Under the pieces are notes generated by a model. That model saw only the letters and a list, made by a program, of their open reading frames with translations, did no database searches and had not been told where the DNA came from. 64,000 bases of DNA from Pelagibacterales bacterium SAG-MED15 (lineage in GTDB: Bacteria > Pseudomonadota > Alphaproteobacteria > Pelagibacterales > Pelagibacteraceae), in contig JACWDM010000004.1 of the NCBI GenBank assembly GCA_014654065.1, forward strand, positions 31,080 to 95,079, read 5' to 3'. Below are positions 55,008-63,945 of this stretch, one piece after another (positions within the stretch are counted from its first letter, which is position 1; the number at the start of each line of letters is the position of its first letter). Position numbers and translations under genes: made by a program.

Positions 55008-55438
55008 TAAATCATTTGAATTCCTACGCCTGTCTTTGGATAGGTATATAAGTTATAATTTGCCGCTAGTTCTTCACCAGATTTAATATCTCTTATTGTA
55101 ACCATATACATGAATCTTGCATAAGTAGTTGGGTACATATCCTCTTTTGATCCCTCAATGTTTACGACTTCACTTTTATCATCTGGCATTGGCGCAGGAT
55201 CTCCAAACTTTAAGTTTGGAAGTTTATTTGTAATCATTCTTCTAACATTAGGTATATCTGAATGATTGTAAAATCCGCCTAAAGGTGTTCTCAAATAGTT
55301 ATTTTCAAATCTTTCGTCTAATATATGGGTAAGACCAATAAAAGTATTAGCAGGAATATCCTGTGTTGCGTAAAGTCCTAATCCTTCAATTGGTGATCTT
55401 TTAATTGTTACCCCGTCAGGTAAAGGTCTGTAACTCAT
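55007..55438 (-). CDS. SET-domain protein (putative protein-lysine methyltransferase)
   Basis: SPIEGLGLYATQDIPANTFIG (GxG SAM pocket), FYNHSDIPN (NHS motif) and GEELAANY (post-SET Tyr block). 143 aa. TAATG overlap with the downstream dehydrogenase. Confidence 0.8.
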   Translation of the reverse strand: MSYRPLPDGVTIKRSPIEGLGLYATQDIPANTFIGLTHILDERFENNYLRTPLGGFYNHSDIPNVRRMITNKLPNLKFGDPAPMPDDKSEVVNIEGSKEDMYPTTYARFMYMVTIRDIKSGEELAANYNLYTYPKTGVGIQMI

Positions 55439-55456
55439 AAATAAAACTACCCCGTT

Positions 55457-56572
55457 TTAATTAATTATTTCTTCAGGAGAAACATAACTGTGCCCAAAAA
55501 CATTTGCAACTGCTTTATATGTGACATTTCCCTTATGAACATTTAATCCAGCGAGGAAGTTTGGATCTTCACTTAATGCTTTTATATAGCCGTCTTTTGC
55601 AAGTTTTGAAAGAAAAGGAAGAGTAGCTTTATTTAGCGCAAGAGTTGATGTTCTTGGAACTCCCCCAGGCATATTTGCTACACAGTAGTGCACAATATCA
55701 TCAACAATATATGTTGGGTCTGCATGTGTAGTGGGTTTACTTGTTTCAACACATCCACCTTGATCTATTGCAACATCAACAATTACAGATCCTCTTTTCA
55801 TTTTTTTTAACATGTCTTTAGTTACTAATTTTGGAGCCTCTGAACCTGGAATTAAAACTCCTCCAACTAATAAATCACATTCTGAAATTAATTTTTCTAA
55901 ATCTATTTTATCACTATGTTGAGGAATTATTTTATCACCAAACATATCAACTAACTGTTTTAGTCTAGCTTCAGATTTATCTACGATGTGAACTTTTGCT
56001 TTCATGCCCGTTGCTATTATCGCAGCATTTTCTCCAACAACACCTCCTCCTAAAATTACAACATTTCCTGGATCAACACCTGGAGCACCACCTAATAATA
56101 GACCTCTGCCTTTTTGATTTTTTTCTAAACAATGGGCACCTGCTTGAACAGACATTCTCCCTGCTACTGCACTCATTGGTGCTAATAATGGAAGGCGGCC
56201 ATTATTATCTGTAACAGTTTCATAAGCTATACAGACACTTTTAGAATTTATTAATCCTTGAGTTAACTCTTTTGCAGCAGCTAAGTGCAAATAAGTAAAA
56301 ACTATTTGATTTTCTCTAATCATGTTTACCTCATTTGAAAGAGGTTCTTTTACTTTTACAATTAATTCTGCTTCATTAAAAATATCTTCAGCTTTATTTA
56401 CAATTTTAGCCCCTGCTTTTTTATATTGTTCGTTATCAAAGCCAGCTTCAAAGCCCCCGTTATTTTCCACTAAAACTTCATTACCATTAGAAGTTAAAAC
56501 TTTTACACTATCTGGAGTTAATCCAATTCTATTTTCTTGAGGTTTGATTTCTTTTGGTACACCGATTTTCAC
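55457..56572 (-). CDS. ald: Alanine dehydrogenase
   Basis: MKIGVPKEIKPQENRIGLTP start, the VVILGGGVVGENAA NAD motif, and 371 aa. Confidence 0.92.
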   Translation of the reverse strand: MKIGVPKEIKPQENRIGLTPDSVKVLTSNGNEVLVENNGGFEAGFDNEQYKKAGAKIVNKAEDIFNEAELIVKVKEPLSNEVNMIRENQIVFTYLHLAAAKELTQGLINSKSVCIAYETVTDNNGRLPLLAPMSAVAGRMSVQAGAHCLEKNQKGRGLLLGGAPGVDPGNVVILGGGVVGENAAIIATGMKAKVHIVDKSEARLKQLVDMFGDKIIPQHSDKIDLEKLISECDLLVGGVLIPGSEAPKLVTKDMLKKMKRGSVIVDVAIDQGGCVETSKPTTHADPTYIVDDIVHYCVANMPGGVPRTSTLALNKATLPFLSKLAKDGYIKALSEDPNFLAGLNVHKGNVTYKAVANVFGHSYVSPEEIIN

Positions 56573-56604
56573 AGCTTCTCCCTTTGATCTAGTAAAATAA
56601 AAAA

Positions 56605-57951
56605 CTAATTTTTTTTACTTTTCGAATAGTTAGTTATGCCGGTTCTTAGTTTTTCTATTATCTCGTCTATATGTTTTTTTTCTGAAATAAACATCGGAGC
56701 TATAATTAGACAGTCTCCAGTTGCTTTGAAATTAATACCTGCTTCGTAGCAATGTTTAAAACAAGTAAATCCTGCCACTCCAGGTTTTTTATCCATCCTA
56801 AGATCTATTCCACCCATCATTCCATATCCTCTTATATTGTCTACAATATCGATATCTTTAAGTGAGAATAAACCTTTTTGGAAATATGGCGCCATATCTC
56901 TAGCCCTATTAAATATATCATCTTTCTCAAAAATATCTTGAACTGCTAATGCTGCTGCAACTGAAATTGGAATTCCTGAATAAGTATAACCATGAAATAG
57001 TTCTATTGTGCCTTTTGGTGCACTGTCCATTATTGTATCATAAATTTCATCTTTACATGCAACAACTCCCATTGGACTTATTCCATTAGTTGTCGCTTTA
57101 GCCATCGTCATCATGTCAGGTGTAACACCAAATTCTTGGGCACCAAAAGCTGAACCCATTCTTCCCCATCCTGTAATTACTTCATCAAAAATTAAAAGAA
57201 TTCCATGCTTATCACAAATTTCTCGTAATCTTTGCAAATATCCTTTTGGTGGAACTAATGTTCCTGTCGAACCAGCTACTGGCTCAACAATACATGCAGC
57301 AATATTTTCTGCACCAAAGTTTGTACAAATTCTTTCAAGATCATCTGCTAATTCAGCACCAGTTTCGGGTTGACCACTTATAAATTTATGCTCTGGTAGA
57401 TGTGTGTGTCTCATGTGAAGAACACCTGGCATTAATACACTTGCAAAAGTTTTGACATTGTTAATCATACCTCCAACAGAAGTAGCACCAATATTCATCC
57501 CATGATAAGCTCTTTCTCTTCCAACAAATCTATATCTATGTCCATGACCTCTAGCTTTATGATAAGCAACTGCAATTTTGATTGCAGTTTCAACAGCTGT
57601 TGATCCACAAATTGTATAAAACATTTTGTTTATATTACCTGGCGTATGTTTTGAAATTTTTGTTGCAAGATCAAATGATCCACCAAAACCTTGTTGGAAC
57701 GGCTGACAATAATCTAAAGTATTTAATTGATTAGTTATTGCTTCAATAATTTCTTTTCTACCATGACCAAGTGGATTACAAAAAAGTCCTGAACTTGCAT
57801 CAATCATAGTTTGTCCTTCATGATTTTTTAAGTAACAACCTTTTGCTTCAGTTATAAGTCTTGGTTTTGCTTTAAAATCCTTGTTGGATGTAAATGGCAT
57901 CCAATGTTCATTTAAAGAATTAGGAATTTTATTTTTATTTTCTGAGCTCAT
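56605..57951 (-). CDS. Class III (omega) aminotransferase, pyruvate-dependent type (taurine- or beta-alanine-pyruvate aminotransferase-like)
   Basis: 448 aa with GSTAVETAIK, LIFDEVITGWGRMG and a MTMAKATTNG (PLP Lys) block. It lies immediately upstream of ald and divergent from a taurine-type ABC system. Confidence 0.85.
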   Translation of the reverse strand: MSSENKNKIPNSLNEHWMPFTSNKDFKAKPRLITEAKGCYLKNHEGQTMIDASSGLFCNPLGHGRKEIIEAITNQLNTLDYCQPFQQGFGGSFDLATKISKHTPGNINKMFYTICGSTAVETAIKIAVAYHKARGHGHRYRFVGRERAYHGMNIGATSVGGMINNVKTFASVLMPGVLHMRHTHLPEHKFISGQPETGAELADDLERICTNFGAENIAACIVEPVAGSTGTLVPPKGYLQRLREICDKHGILLIFDEVITGWGRMGSAFGAQEFGVTPDMMTMAKATTNGISPMGVVACKDEIYDTIMDSAPKGTIELFHGYTYSGIPISVAAALAVQDIFEKDDIFNRARDMAPYFQKGLFSLKDIDIVDNIRGYGMMGGIDLRMDKKPGVAGFTCFKHCYEAGINFKATGDCLIIAPMFISEKKHIDEIIEKLRTGITNYSKSKKN

Positions 57952-58163
57952 AATTTTCTATATTTAGACTAATACAATATCTTAAACTAGAAGAATATAG
58001 GATATTAGCGCGTCAAAATCCATATACAACTTAAGATTGATTTAAAAACTATAGTCCCATTTTGAACAAGGCAGTTTAGCCTAAATAGAACTAAATGATC
58101 ATTTACAACAGCTAGAATATGAACTTTAATATAGCTTATTAATAATTATCAAAGGGGATAAAT

Positions 58164-59105
58164 ATGAGAAAAATAATAAGTTATCTTCTAGGAGTAATCG
58201 TTGCTCTTAACTTAAGTATTTCAGTTGCAAATTCAGCTGCAAATGAAGTTAGAGTTGCTTACTTTTTAGAATGGCCTAGTCCGAATCTTGAGGATATGCA
58301 AAAGAAAAACTTTGCTAAAGCTCTTGGGGTGCCAGTTAAATGGACAAACTTCACAAACGGTGGAGCAATGACTGATGCTATGTTAGCAGGAGACATTGAT
58401 ATTTCTTATTCACAAGGTTTAGTACCTTTCATTAACGCAGTAAAATCTAAAGCACCGATTAAGCTAGTAGATATTGCTATGGAATATGGAATGGGAGGAA
58501 CAACTTGTGTTACTTCTAACGCTTCTGGAATTACAAAAGCAAATGCTACTGAACTTGAAGGTAAAAAAGTTGCTGTACCACTTGGAACAATGGCTGAATA
58601 TGTTTTTGATGAAAGTATGAAAGTTGTTGGAGCTGACAGAAAGAAAATGGATATAATCCAAATGGATCCAGAAGAAGGAGCTGCTGCATTAGTTAGTGGT
58701 GATGTTGTAATGGCATGTTTATTTGGTGGTAACTCTATCAAAGCTGCAACTGCAGTTGGATCTAGATTACTAACAGTTCAAGAAGCTAGAGATGCTGGTA
58801 TCTTAGGTATAGATATTACTTCTGTAACTACAAAGTTTATGAAGGAAAATCCTGGTATGCTAAGGACTTTCATCGAAGTTACTCATGAAGCAAACGCTAG
58901 ATATAAAGCTGGCAAAAGTAACATGGGTGTTATGGCTAAAGCTTCAGAAATGAAAGTTGGTGATATGAAAGAAACTTTAAGTGGTTTTAAATTTCTAACA
59001 CCAGAGGAAACTAAACAATCTATGACTAAAGGAAATCTGGATGCATTCTTAAAAGGAATGGGAACACCAGGTGGAAACGTAGATACAAGTTTCTTACCTT
59101 TATAA
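58164..59105 (+). CDS. Taurine/aliphatic sulfonate-type (NMT1/TauA-like) ABC substrate-binding protein
   Basis: A signal peptide, then VRVAYFLEWPSPN...VKWTNFTNGGAMTDAMLAGDIDISYS, colinear with TauA-type proteins. RBS aaagggga. Confidence 0.75.
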   Translation: MRKIISYLLGVIVALNLSISVANSAANEVRVAYFLEWPSPNLEDMQKKNFAKALGVPVKWTNFTNGGAMTDAMLAGDIDISYSQGLVPFINAVKSKAPIKLVDIAMEYGMGGTTCVTSNASGITKANATELEGKKVAVPLGTMAEYVFDESMKVVGADRKKMDIIQMDPEEGAAALVSGDVVMACLFGGNSIKAATAVGSRLLTVQEARDAGILGIDITSVTTKFMKENPGMLRTFIEVTHEANARYKAGKSNMGVMAKASEMKVGDMKETLSGFKFLTPEETKQSMTKGNLDAFLKGMGTPGGNVDTSFLPL

Positions 59106-59122
59106 TTTAAGGTTAAAAAATT

Positions 59123-59162
59123 AAATAGGCGCCAATTTATTAAATTGGTGCCTATTTTTTTT
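59123..59162 (+). terminator. Strong rho-independent terminator/attenuator after the binding-protein gene
   Basis: A 16-bp stem aaataggcgccaattt (59123-59138) / aaattggtgcctattt (59142-59157) with one G-U position and a 3-nt loop, then a T-run extending to 59162. Confidence 0.75.
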
Positions 59163-59189
59163 ATTAAAATTTTAATATAAAGTCTTCAT

Positions 59190-59987
59190 ATGAGTGATCT
59201 AGTTTCACAAAATCTAAACATGATTTTTAAGACTCCAAAAGGAGAAACTGTTCATGCATTAAAAGATTTAAATTTTACTCTTAAACAGGGAGAACTTTTA
59301 ACAGTTCTTGGACCATCAGGTTGTGGAAAAACAACTTTATTAAATATTACCGCTGGATTTATAAGACCAACCTCTGGAACAATAACTTTAAATAACAAAG
59401 AAATTGATGGCCCAGGTGTAGAGAGAGGAATGGTTTTTCAACAAGGAGCTTTATTTGAATGGCTTACTGTATCTGAAAATGTCAACTTTGGATTAAGAAT
59501 GAAAAAAGAAGATCCAATTAAAACACAAAAGAAAGTTGATGAATGGTTAGAGATAGTTGGGCTTAAAGGTTTTGGTAATACCCCAACCTACCAATTATCT
59601 GGTGGTATGCAGCAAAGAGTTGCTTTGGCTAGATGTTTAATTAATGATCCAGATTTAATTTTAATGGATGAACCATTAGGTGCTCTTGATGCATTAACAA
59701 GAGAAAAAATGCAGTCATTAGTTTTAAAAATCTGGAAGGAGACTGGAAAAACTATCATTTTAATCACACACTCGGTTGAGGAAGCTTTATTACTTGGAGA
59801 GAGGTTATATGTGATGGCCCCGAGACCAGGTCGTATACATAAAGAATATAAGTTACCATTTGCTTCAATGGGGCTTAATAAAGATTTAAGGGAAATTAAA
59901 AAAAACAAGGATTTTTCCTCTACGCGAGAGGAAATTTTAGAAATGATTTGGGATATGGAAGAAGAAATTATGGGGAAAGAAATTTAA
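59190..59987 (+). CDS. Taurine/sulfonate/nitrate-type ABC ATP-binding protein
   Basis: Walker A GPSGCGKTT, signature LSGGMQQRVALARCL, Walker B LILMDEPLGALD, and H-loop THS. Confidence 0.88.
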   Translation: MSDLVSQNLNMIFKTPKGETVHALKDLNFTLKQGELLTVLGPSGCGKTTLLNITAGFIRPTSGTITLNNKEIDGPGVERGMVFQQGALFEWLTVSENVNFGLRMKKEDPIKTQKKVDEWLEIVGLKGFGNTPTYQLSGGMQQRVALARCLINDPDLILMDEPLGALDALTREKMQSLVLKIWKETGKTIILITHSVEEALLLGERLYVMAPRPGRIHKEYKLPFASMGLNKDLREIKKNKDFSSTREEILEMIWDMEEEIMGKEI

Positions 59988-61913
59988 ATGCTTACCCAAT
60001 TAATAACTTTTTTAATTTTTTTTGCTGTTATTGGCTGTATTCTCTATGGAAGACGTTTAATCAAAACTGAAAAAATAGACGCAGTTTTTGGTAACCCTGA
60101 AAGAGCTTTGGGTGGCACCCACTGGGTTATTGTTGGAAGTAGTTTTCTTCTTTTAATTTGGCTTTACTATTCATGGGATATTGCAAAAGGTTTTTATCCA
60201 AAATCAGCAAATGAACTTTGTCAGGTAGCAAAAGTAAATGACTCCTTATTAGGATTAAAATACCAATTTCCTATTGAACAAAGAGAGTTAAAAAGTACTT
60301 CACAAATTAGGCAAGAAAATAAGAACCTTAAAAAAATTACTATAGAAATTCAAAATTCAAATGATCTTAATAATGAACAAAAAACAATTCTTATTGGGTT
60401 TATTACCAAGACTAAACAATTAATTCCTTTATTAACTAATGAAAATTTACTTGAAGGTGAAACTAAACAAAAAATTAATGACATAACTGGTAAGATTAAT
60501 CTTTTAACAGAAAATTTTAAAAAACCTGATTATCCTTTTGAAAATGAACAAGAACGAAATGAAAGACTTAAAGCTGTAAGTGAGGAAGGTGGTTGGGGAA
60601 TAACAAAAGTTGATGCTGGATCGGGAACTATTGAAAATACTATTGAAGTTCCTCTGGTACCTGCAACTAATAGAGGTCTAAAATTTGATGCTGCGGCGCA
60701 AGAATTAAATCTTATAAGTGATGAATTTTTCAAATTAAGAAATCATAATCCAAGGTTTCAAAATACAATTAAAGAACTTAAAAATGATGTTAAAGTTTAC
60801 AGAAATGATTTAAACGACAGCGAAGAGGTAGCTTCTTCTTATGCAAAAAATATTGTTAAAATTGCAAGAAGAATAGAATTTGCAAGTATATACCCACCAA
60901 ATGCATTAGATAAGATGCAAAATGCAATTGTTAATTTTGATAAAGCACAAATAGAAGCTCAGGGTGGATTGAGATTTGTTGATATCTTTTTATTTCCTGC
61001 TGGAACAATTGTTGCTAGTGGTCCAAGTTGTTCTGAGCAAGGATCTGGTAGATGGTTGCCAAAACCATCGGATACATTAAATAAATTTGTTTTAATGTCA
61101 AAACCTAGCGTAGGTTATAAAGAGATACCTCTTCTTTGGATAAATATGGTTGATGTCAGTAAAATGATTGGATTTATTTTACCTGACTGGATTGCTGATA
61201 TATTACCTGGAGATTATCCTGTTCACACAAAAGATGGAATAGTTAAACAAAACTTTAAAGGTAAAGTTTTAAAATTTGTAACAGGTGATTTTAAATTATT
61301 TAAAATACCTGTTCCCTATGGTCATATATGGGATTCTTTTTTAAGAGTTTTCTTAGGATTAGTATTTGGAATAATTATAGGAGTACCTCTAGGATTGTTT
61401 ATGGGTTTAAACAGATTTGCTAAAGGTTTTTTTGATCCATTAATTGAACTTTATAGACCTGTTCCACCTTTAGCATGGGCACCATTAATTATTTCAGTAT
61501 TAGGTATAGATAATACGGGTAAAGTATTTTTACTTTTTATGGTTTCTTTATCTATAATGATCATTTCTGCAAGAGCTGGGGCATCTGGAACTCAATTATC
61601 TAAAATACATGCAGCACATTCTCTTGGTGCATCAAAAAGGCAAATATTAAGATACGTAATATTCCCAAACTCACTTCCAGAAATTCTAACTGGAATTAGA
61701 GTGGCGGTTGGTATGTGTTGGGGTACATTAGTTGCTGCTGAGTTTTTAGCTGGAACTACTGGTATAGGTTTTGTTGAAAATGTTGCAAAAAAATACTTTC
61801 AATATGAGGTTATTTGGATAACGATCTTTATCATGGGTATGCTGGGACTTTTATTCGACGTTACTTTGAGAAAAATAATTGATAAAACTATTCCATGGCG
61901 TGGAAAAGGATAA
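59988..61913 (+). CDS. TauC/SsuC-type ABC permease with a ~400 aa N-terminal extension
   Basis: The C-terminal ~230 aa form a standard BPD-type permease (EAA region AAHSLGASKRQILRYVIFPNSLPEILTG). The N-terminus has 2 TM helices, then a long hydrophilic domain with no motif I recognise. It starts 1 nt after the ATPase stop. Confidence 0.8.
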   Translation: MLTQLITFLIFFAVIGCILYGRRLIKTEKIDAVFGNPERALGGTHWVIVGSSFLLLIWLYYSWDIAKGFYPKSANELCQVAKVNDSLLGLKYQFPIEQRELKSTSQIRQENKNLKKITIEIQNSNDLNNEQKTILIGFITKTKQLIPLLTNENLLEGETKQKINDITGKINLLTENFKKPDYPFENEQERNERLKAVSEEGGWGITKVDAGSGTIENTIEVPLVPATNRGLKFDAAAQELNLISDEFFKLRNHNPRFQNTIKELKNDVKVYRNDLNDSEEVASSYAKNIVKIARRIEFASIYPPNALDKMQNAIVNFDKAQIEAQGGLRFVDIFLFPAGTIVASGPSCSEQGSGRWLPKPSDTLNKFVLMSKPSVGYKEIPLLWINMVDVSKMIGFILPDWIADILPGDYPVHTKDGIVKQNFKGKVLKFVTGDFKLFKIPVPYGHIWDSFLRVFLGLVFGIIIGVPLGLFMGLNRFAKGFFDPLIELYRPVPPLAWAPLIISVLGIDNTGKVFLLFMVSLSIMIISARAGASGTQLSKIHAAHSLGASKRQILRYVIFPNSLPEILTGIRVAVGMCWGTLVAAEFLAGTTGIGFVENVAKKYFQYEVIWITIFIMGMLGLLFDVTLRKIIDKTIPWRGKG

Positions 61914-62956
61914 TAATTGCTTTATTTTTAATTTCATCTGTTGTCGAGGCTGATGAAATTAAACTTAGTAAAATTGTATCTTTAAATCAACCATGGGGCT
62001 CATCATTTATCAATGATGAAGAAATAATTCTCACAGAAAAAGAAGGAAAAATTAAAATAGTAAACATTAATACTAAGAATATTATAGATATTGAACACAA
62101 TTTAAATTTCTTAGTCTATGGACAAGGAGGTTTATTAGATATTTTGCACAAAGATCAAGATTTATGGATATCATACTCTGAAGACAGGGGAGATTGGAAA
62201 ACTAGTACCTCCATTGGTAAAGCAAAACTGAATAGAAAAAAATTGTCTTTTTCAAATATATTTCAAGCAAATCCACCAATTGACTCTGGTTATCATTTTG
62301 GATCAAGGCTAGTTATCAAAGATAATTATTTATTTGCTTCTGCTGGAGAAAGAGGTCAAGGCATGATTGCTCAAGATCCAACCTCTCATCCTGGAAGTAT
62401 AATTAGAATTCATTTAGATGGTAGTATCCCCAAAGATAATCCAAGATTTATGGGTAAAGATAATTGGTTACCTGAAATTTTTCAGATAGGTATTAGGAAT
62501 CCTCAGGGACTTTTCTTGTCCCCTTTTGATCAAAAAGTTTATATGTCAAACCATGGAGCAAAAGGTGGAGATTGGTTTGGTGAAGTCAAAAAAGGAGAAA
62601 ACTATGGATGGAAAATTTTAGGATGGGGTGGAAAAAATTATAGCGGAACAAAAATTGGGCCTAAATGGAAACCTGGTTTCACTAAAGCAATTCAGTACTG
62701 GGTTCCATCAATTGCAGTTAGCGCAATAACAATTTACAAAGGAAATGAATTTAAGGAATGGAATGGTTTAGCTTTAATTACTTCTTTGAAGGATATGTCG
62801 TTAAGATCTCTTGATTTTTCTAACCTTCAAGATGTTAAAGAAAAAGTGATTTTTAAAAATCAAATTGGACGAATAAGAGATATACAAGTGCATCCAACCA
62901 CTGGTAAGATATACTTTTTAAGTAAAGATGCACTATGGTTGATGGAAAAGAATTAA
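61895..62956 (+). CDS. PQQ-dependent soluble sugar dehydrogenase-like beta-propeller (YliI/GSDH family)
   Basis: A signal peptide plus the blocks GQGGLLDI, HFGSRLV, GIRNPQGL and NHGAKGGDW...ENYGW typical of the glucose/sorbosone dehydrogenase fold. It overlaps the permease gene by 19 nt. Confidence 0.78.
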   Translation: MAWKRIIIALFLISSVVEADEIKLSKIVSLNQPWGSSFINDEEIILTEKEGKIKIVNINTKNIIDIEHNLNFLVYGQGGLLDILHKDQDLWISYSEDRGDWKTSTSIGKAKLNRKKLSFSNIFQANPPIDSGYHFGSRLVIKDNYLFASAGERGQGMIAQDPTSHPGSIIRIHLDGSIPKDNPRFMGKDNWLPEIFQIGIRNPQGLFLSPFDQKVYMSNHGAKGGDWFGEVKKGENYGWKILGWGGKNYSGTKIGPKWKPGFTKAIQYWVPSIAVSAITIYKGNEFKEWNGLALITSLKDMSLRSLDFSNLQDVKEKVIFKNQIGRIRDIQVHPTTGKIYFLSKDALWLMEKN

Positions 62957-63945
62957 AAAAAAAATTAATAATAATTTTTAAAAAACATGGTTTAAGTCAT
63001 GGAGATGCTAATATTTCATCAAATGCAATAATAAATGCAGAGTTGGTTGGTGCACATACACATGGTCTTGCAAGATTAAGAATGTATTGTGAAAGAATTA
63101 ATAAAAAAGTAATTAATCCCAAACCAAAAATCAGAATAAAAAAAATTTCCCAATCAATTTCTCACATTGATGCAAATAATAGCATAGGATTTGTAGCTGC
63201 TGATGTTGGTATTAAACAAGCAATAATAAATGCAAAAAAAACTGGTATTGGATTAGTTGGTATTAAAAATAGTGGTCACTATGGTTTGTCTGGCTACTAT
63301 GCTGAACAAGCTGTAAAAAAAAATTTAATAGTTTTATGTTTTACAAATGCACCTCCTGCAATAGCACCTCACGGTTCTAGAAAAAAGTTGTTTGGAACTA
63401 ATCCAATATGTTTTGGATCACCAAGCTCATCCAAAGTGCCTTTTATTTTAGATACCTCAGTTTCAGAAATTAATAGAGGAAAAATAAGAGTTGCTGCCAA
63501 AACTGGAAAAAAAATTCCTGCTGGTGTTGCTTTAGATAAGTTTGGCAAGCCAACAACAGATGCAAAAAAAGCATTATTAGGTGTTCAGTTACCGTTGGGT
63601 GGATTTAGAGGATCAGGTTTAGCTTGGATGGTAGATATATTAAGTGGAGTTATGACTGGTGCTAACCATGGTGGAAAAGTTAAAGATCCTTTTGATGACT
63701 TTTCAGGACCACAAAATGTTGGGCATATGTTTTTAACAATTAAACCAAACCTATTTGTTGGAAATTTTAATGAAAAAATAAAACAGAATATTAAAAGGGT
63801 TAAGGGCTCACCTAAAATCAAGGGTGTAAAAGAAATTTTGTACCCAGGACAAAACAAACAGAAAAAATTTAATAAAAATGTAAATAAAAAAATATATATT
63901 TCAGATAATATTAAAAATGATTTAGAGAGTTTAATTGCTTCTTGA
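62935..63945 (+). CDS. Ldh_2-family (malate/L-lactate/sulfolactate-type) NAD(P) oxidoreductase
   Basis: GAHTHGLARL, NSGHYGLSGYY, and FGTNPICFGSP blocks characteristic of the type 2 malate/lactate dehydrogenase family. 336 aa. Confidence 0.8.
   Translation: MVDGKELKKKLIIIFKKHGLSHGDANISSNAIINAELVGAHTHGLARLRMYCERINKKVINPKPKIRIKKISQSISHIDANNSIGFVAADVGIKQAIINAKKTGIGLVGIKNSGHYGLSGYYAEQAVKKNLIVLCFTNAPPAIAPHGSRKKLFGTNPICFGSPSSSKVPFILDTSVSEINRGKIRVAAKTGKKIPAGVALDKFGKPTTDAKKALLGVQLPLGGFRGSGLAWMVDILSGVMTGANHGGKVKDPFDDFSGPQNVGHMFLTIKPNLFVGNFNEKIKQNIKRVKGSPKIKGVKEILYPGQNKQKKFNKNVNKKIYISDNIKNDLESLIAS

Noticed and set aside
57952-58163. I considered a riboswitch (glycine, SAM-type or TPP) in the long spacer, and also upstream of the homocysteine methyltransferase.
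   Set aside because: I could not find the conserved core sequences of these classes. The methyltransferase has only an 8-nt upstream gap, so there is no room for a leader. The spacer is kept only as a low-interest finding pending covariance-model scans.
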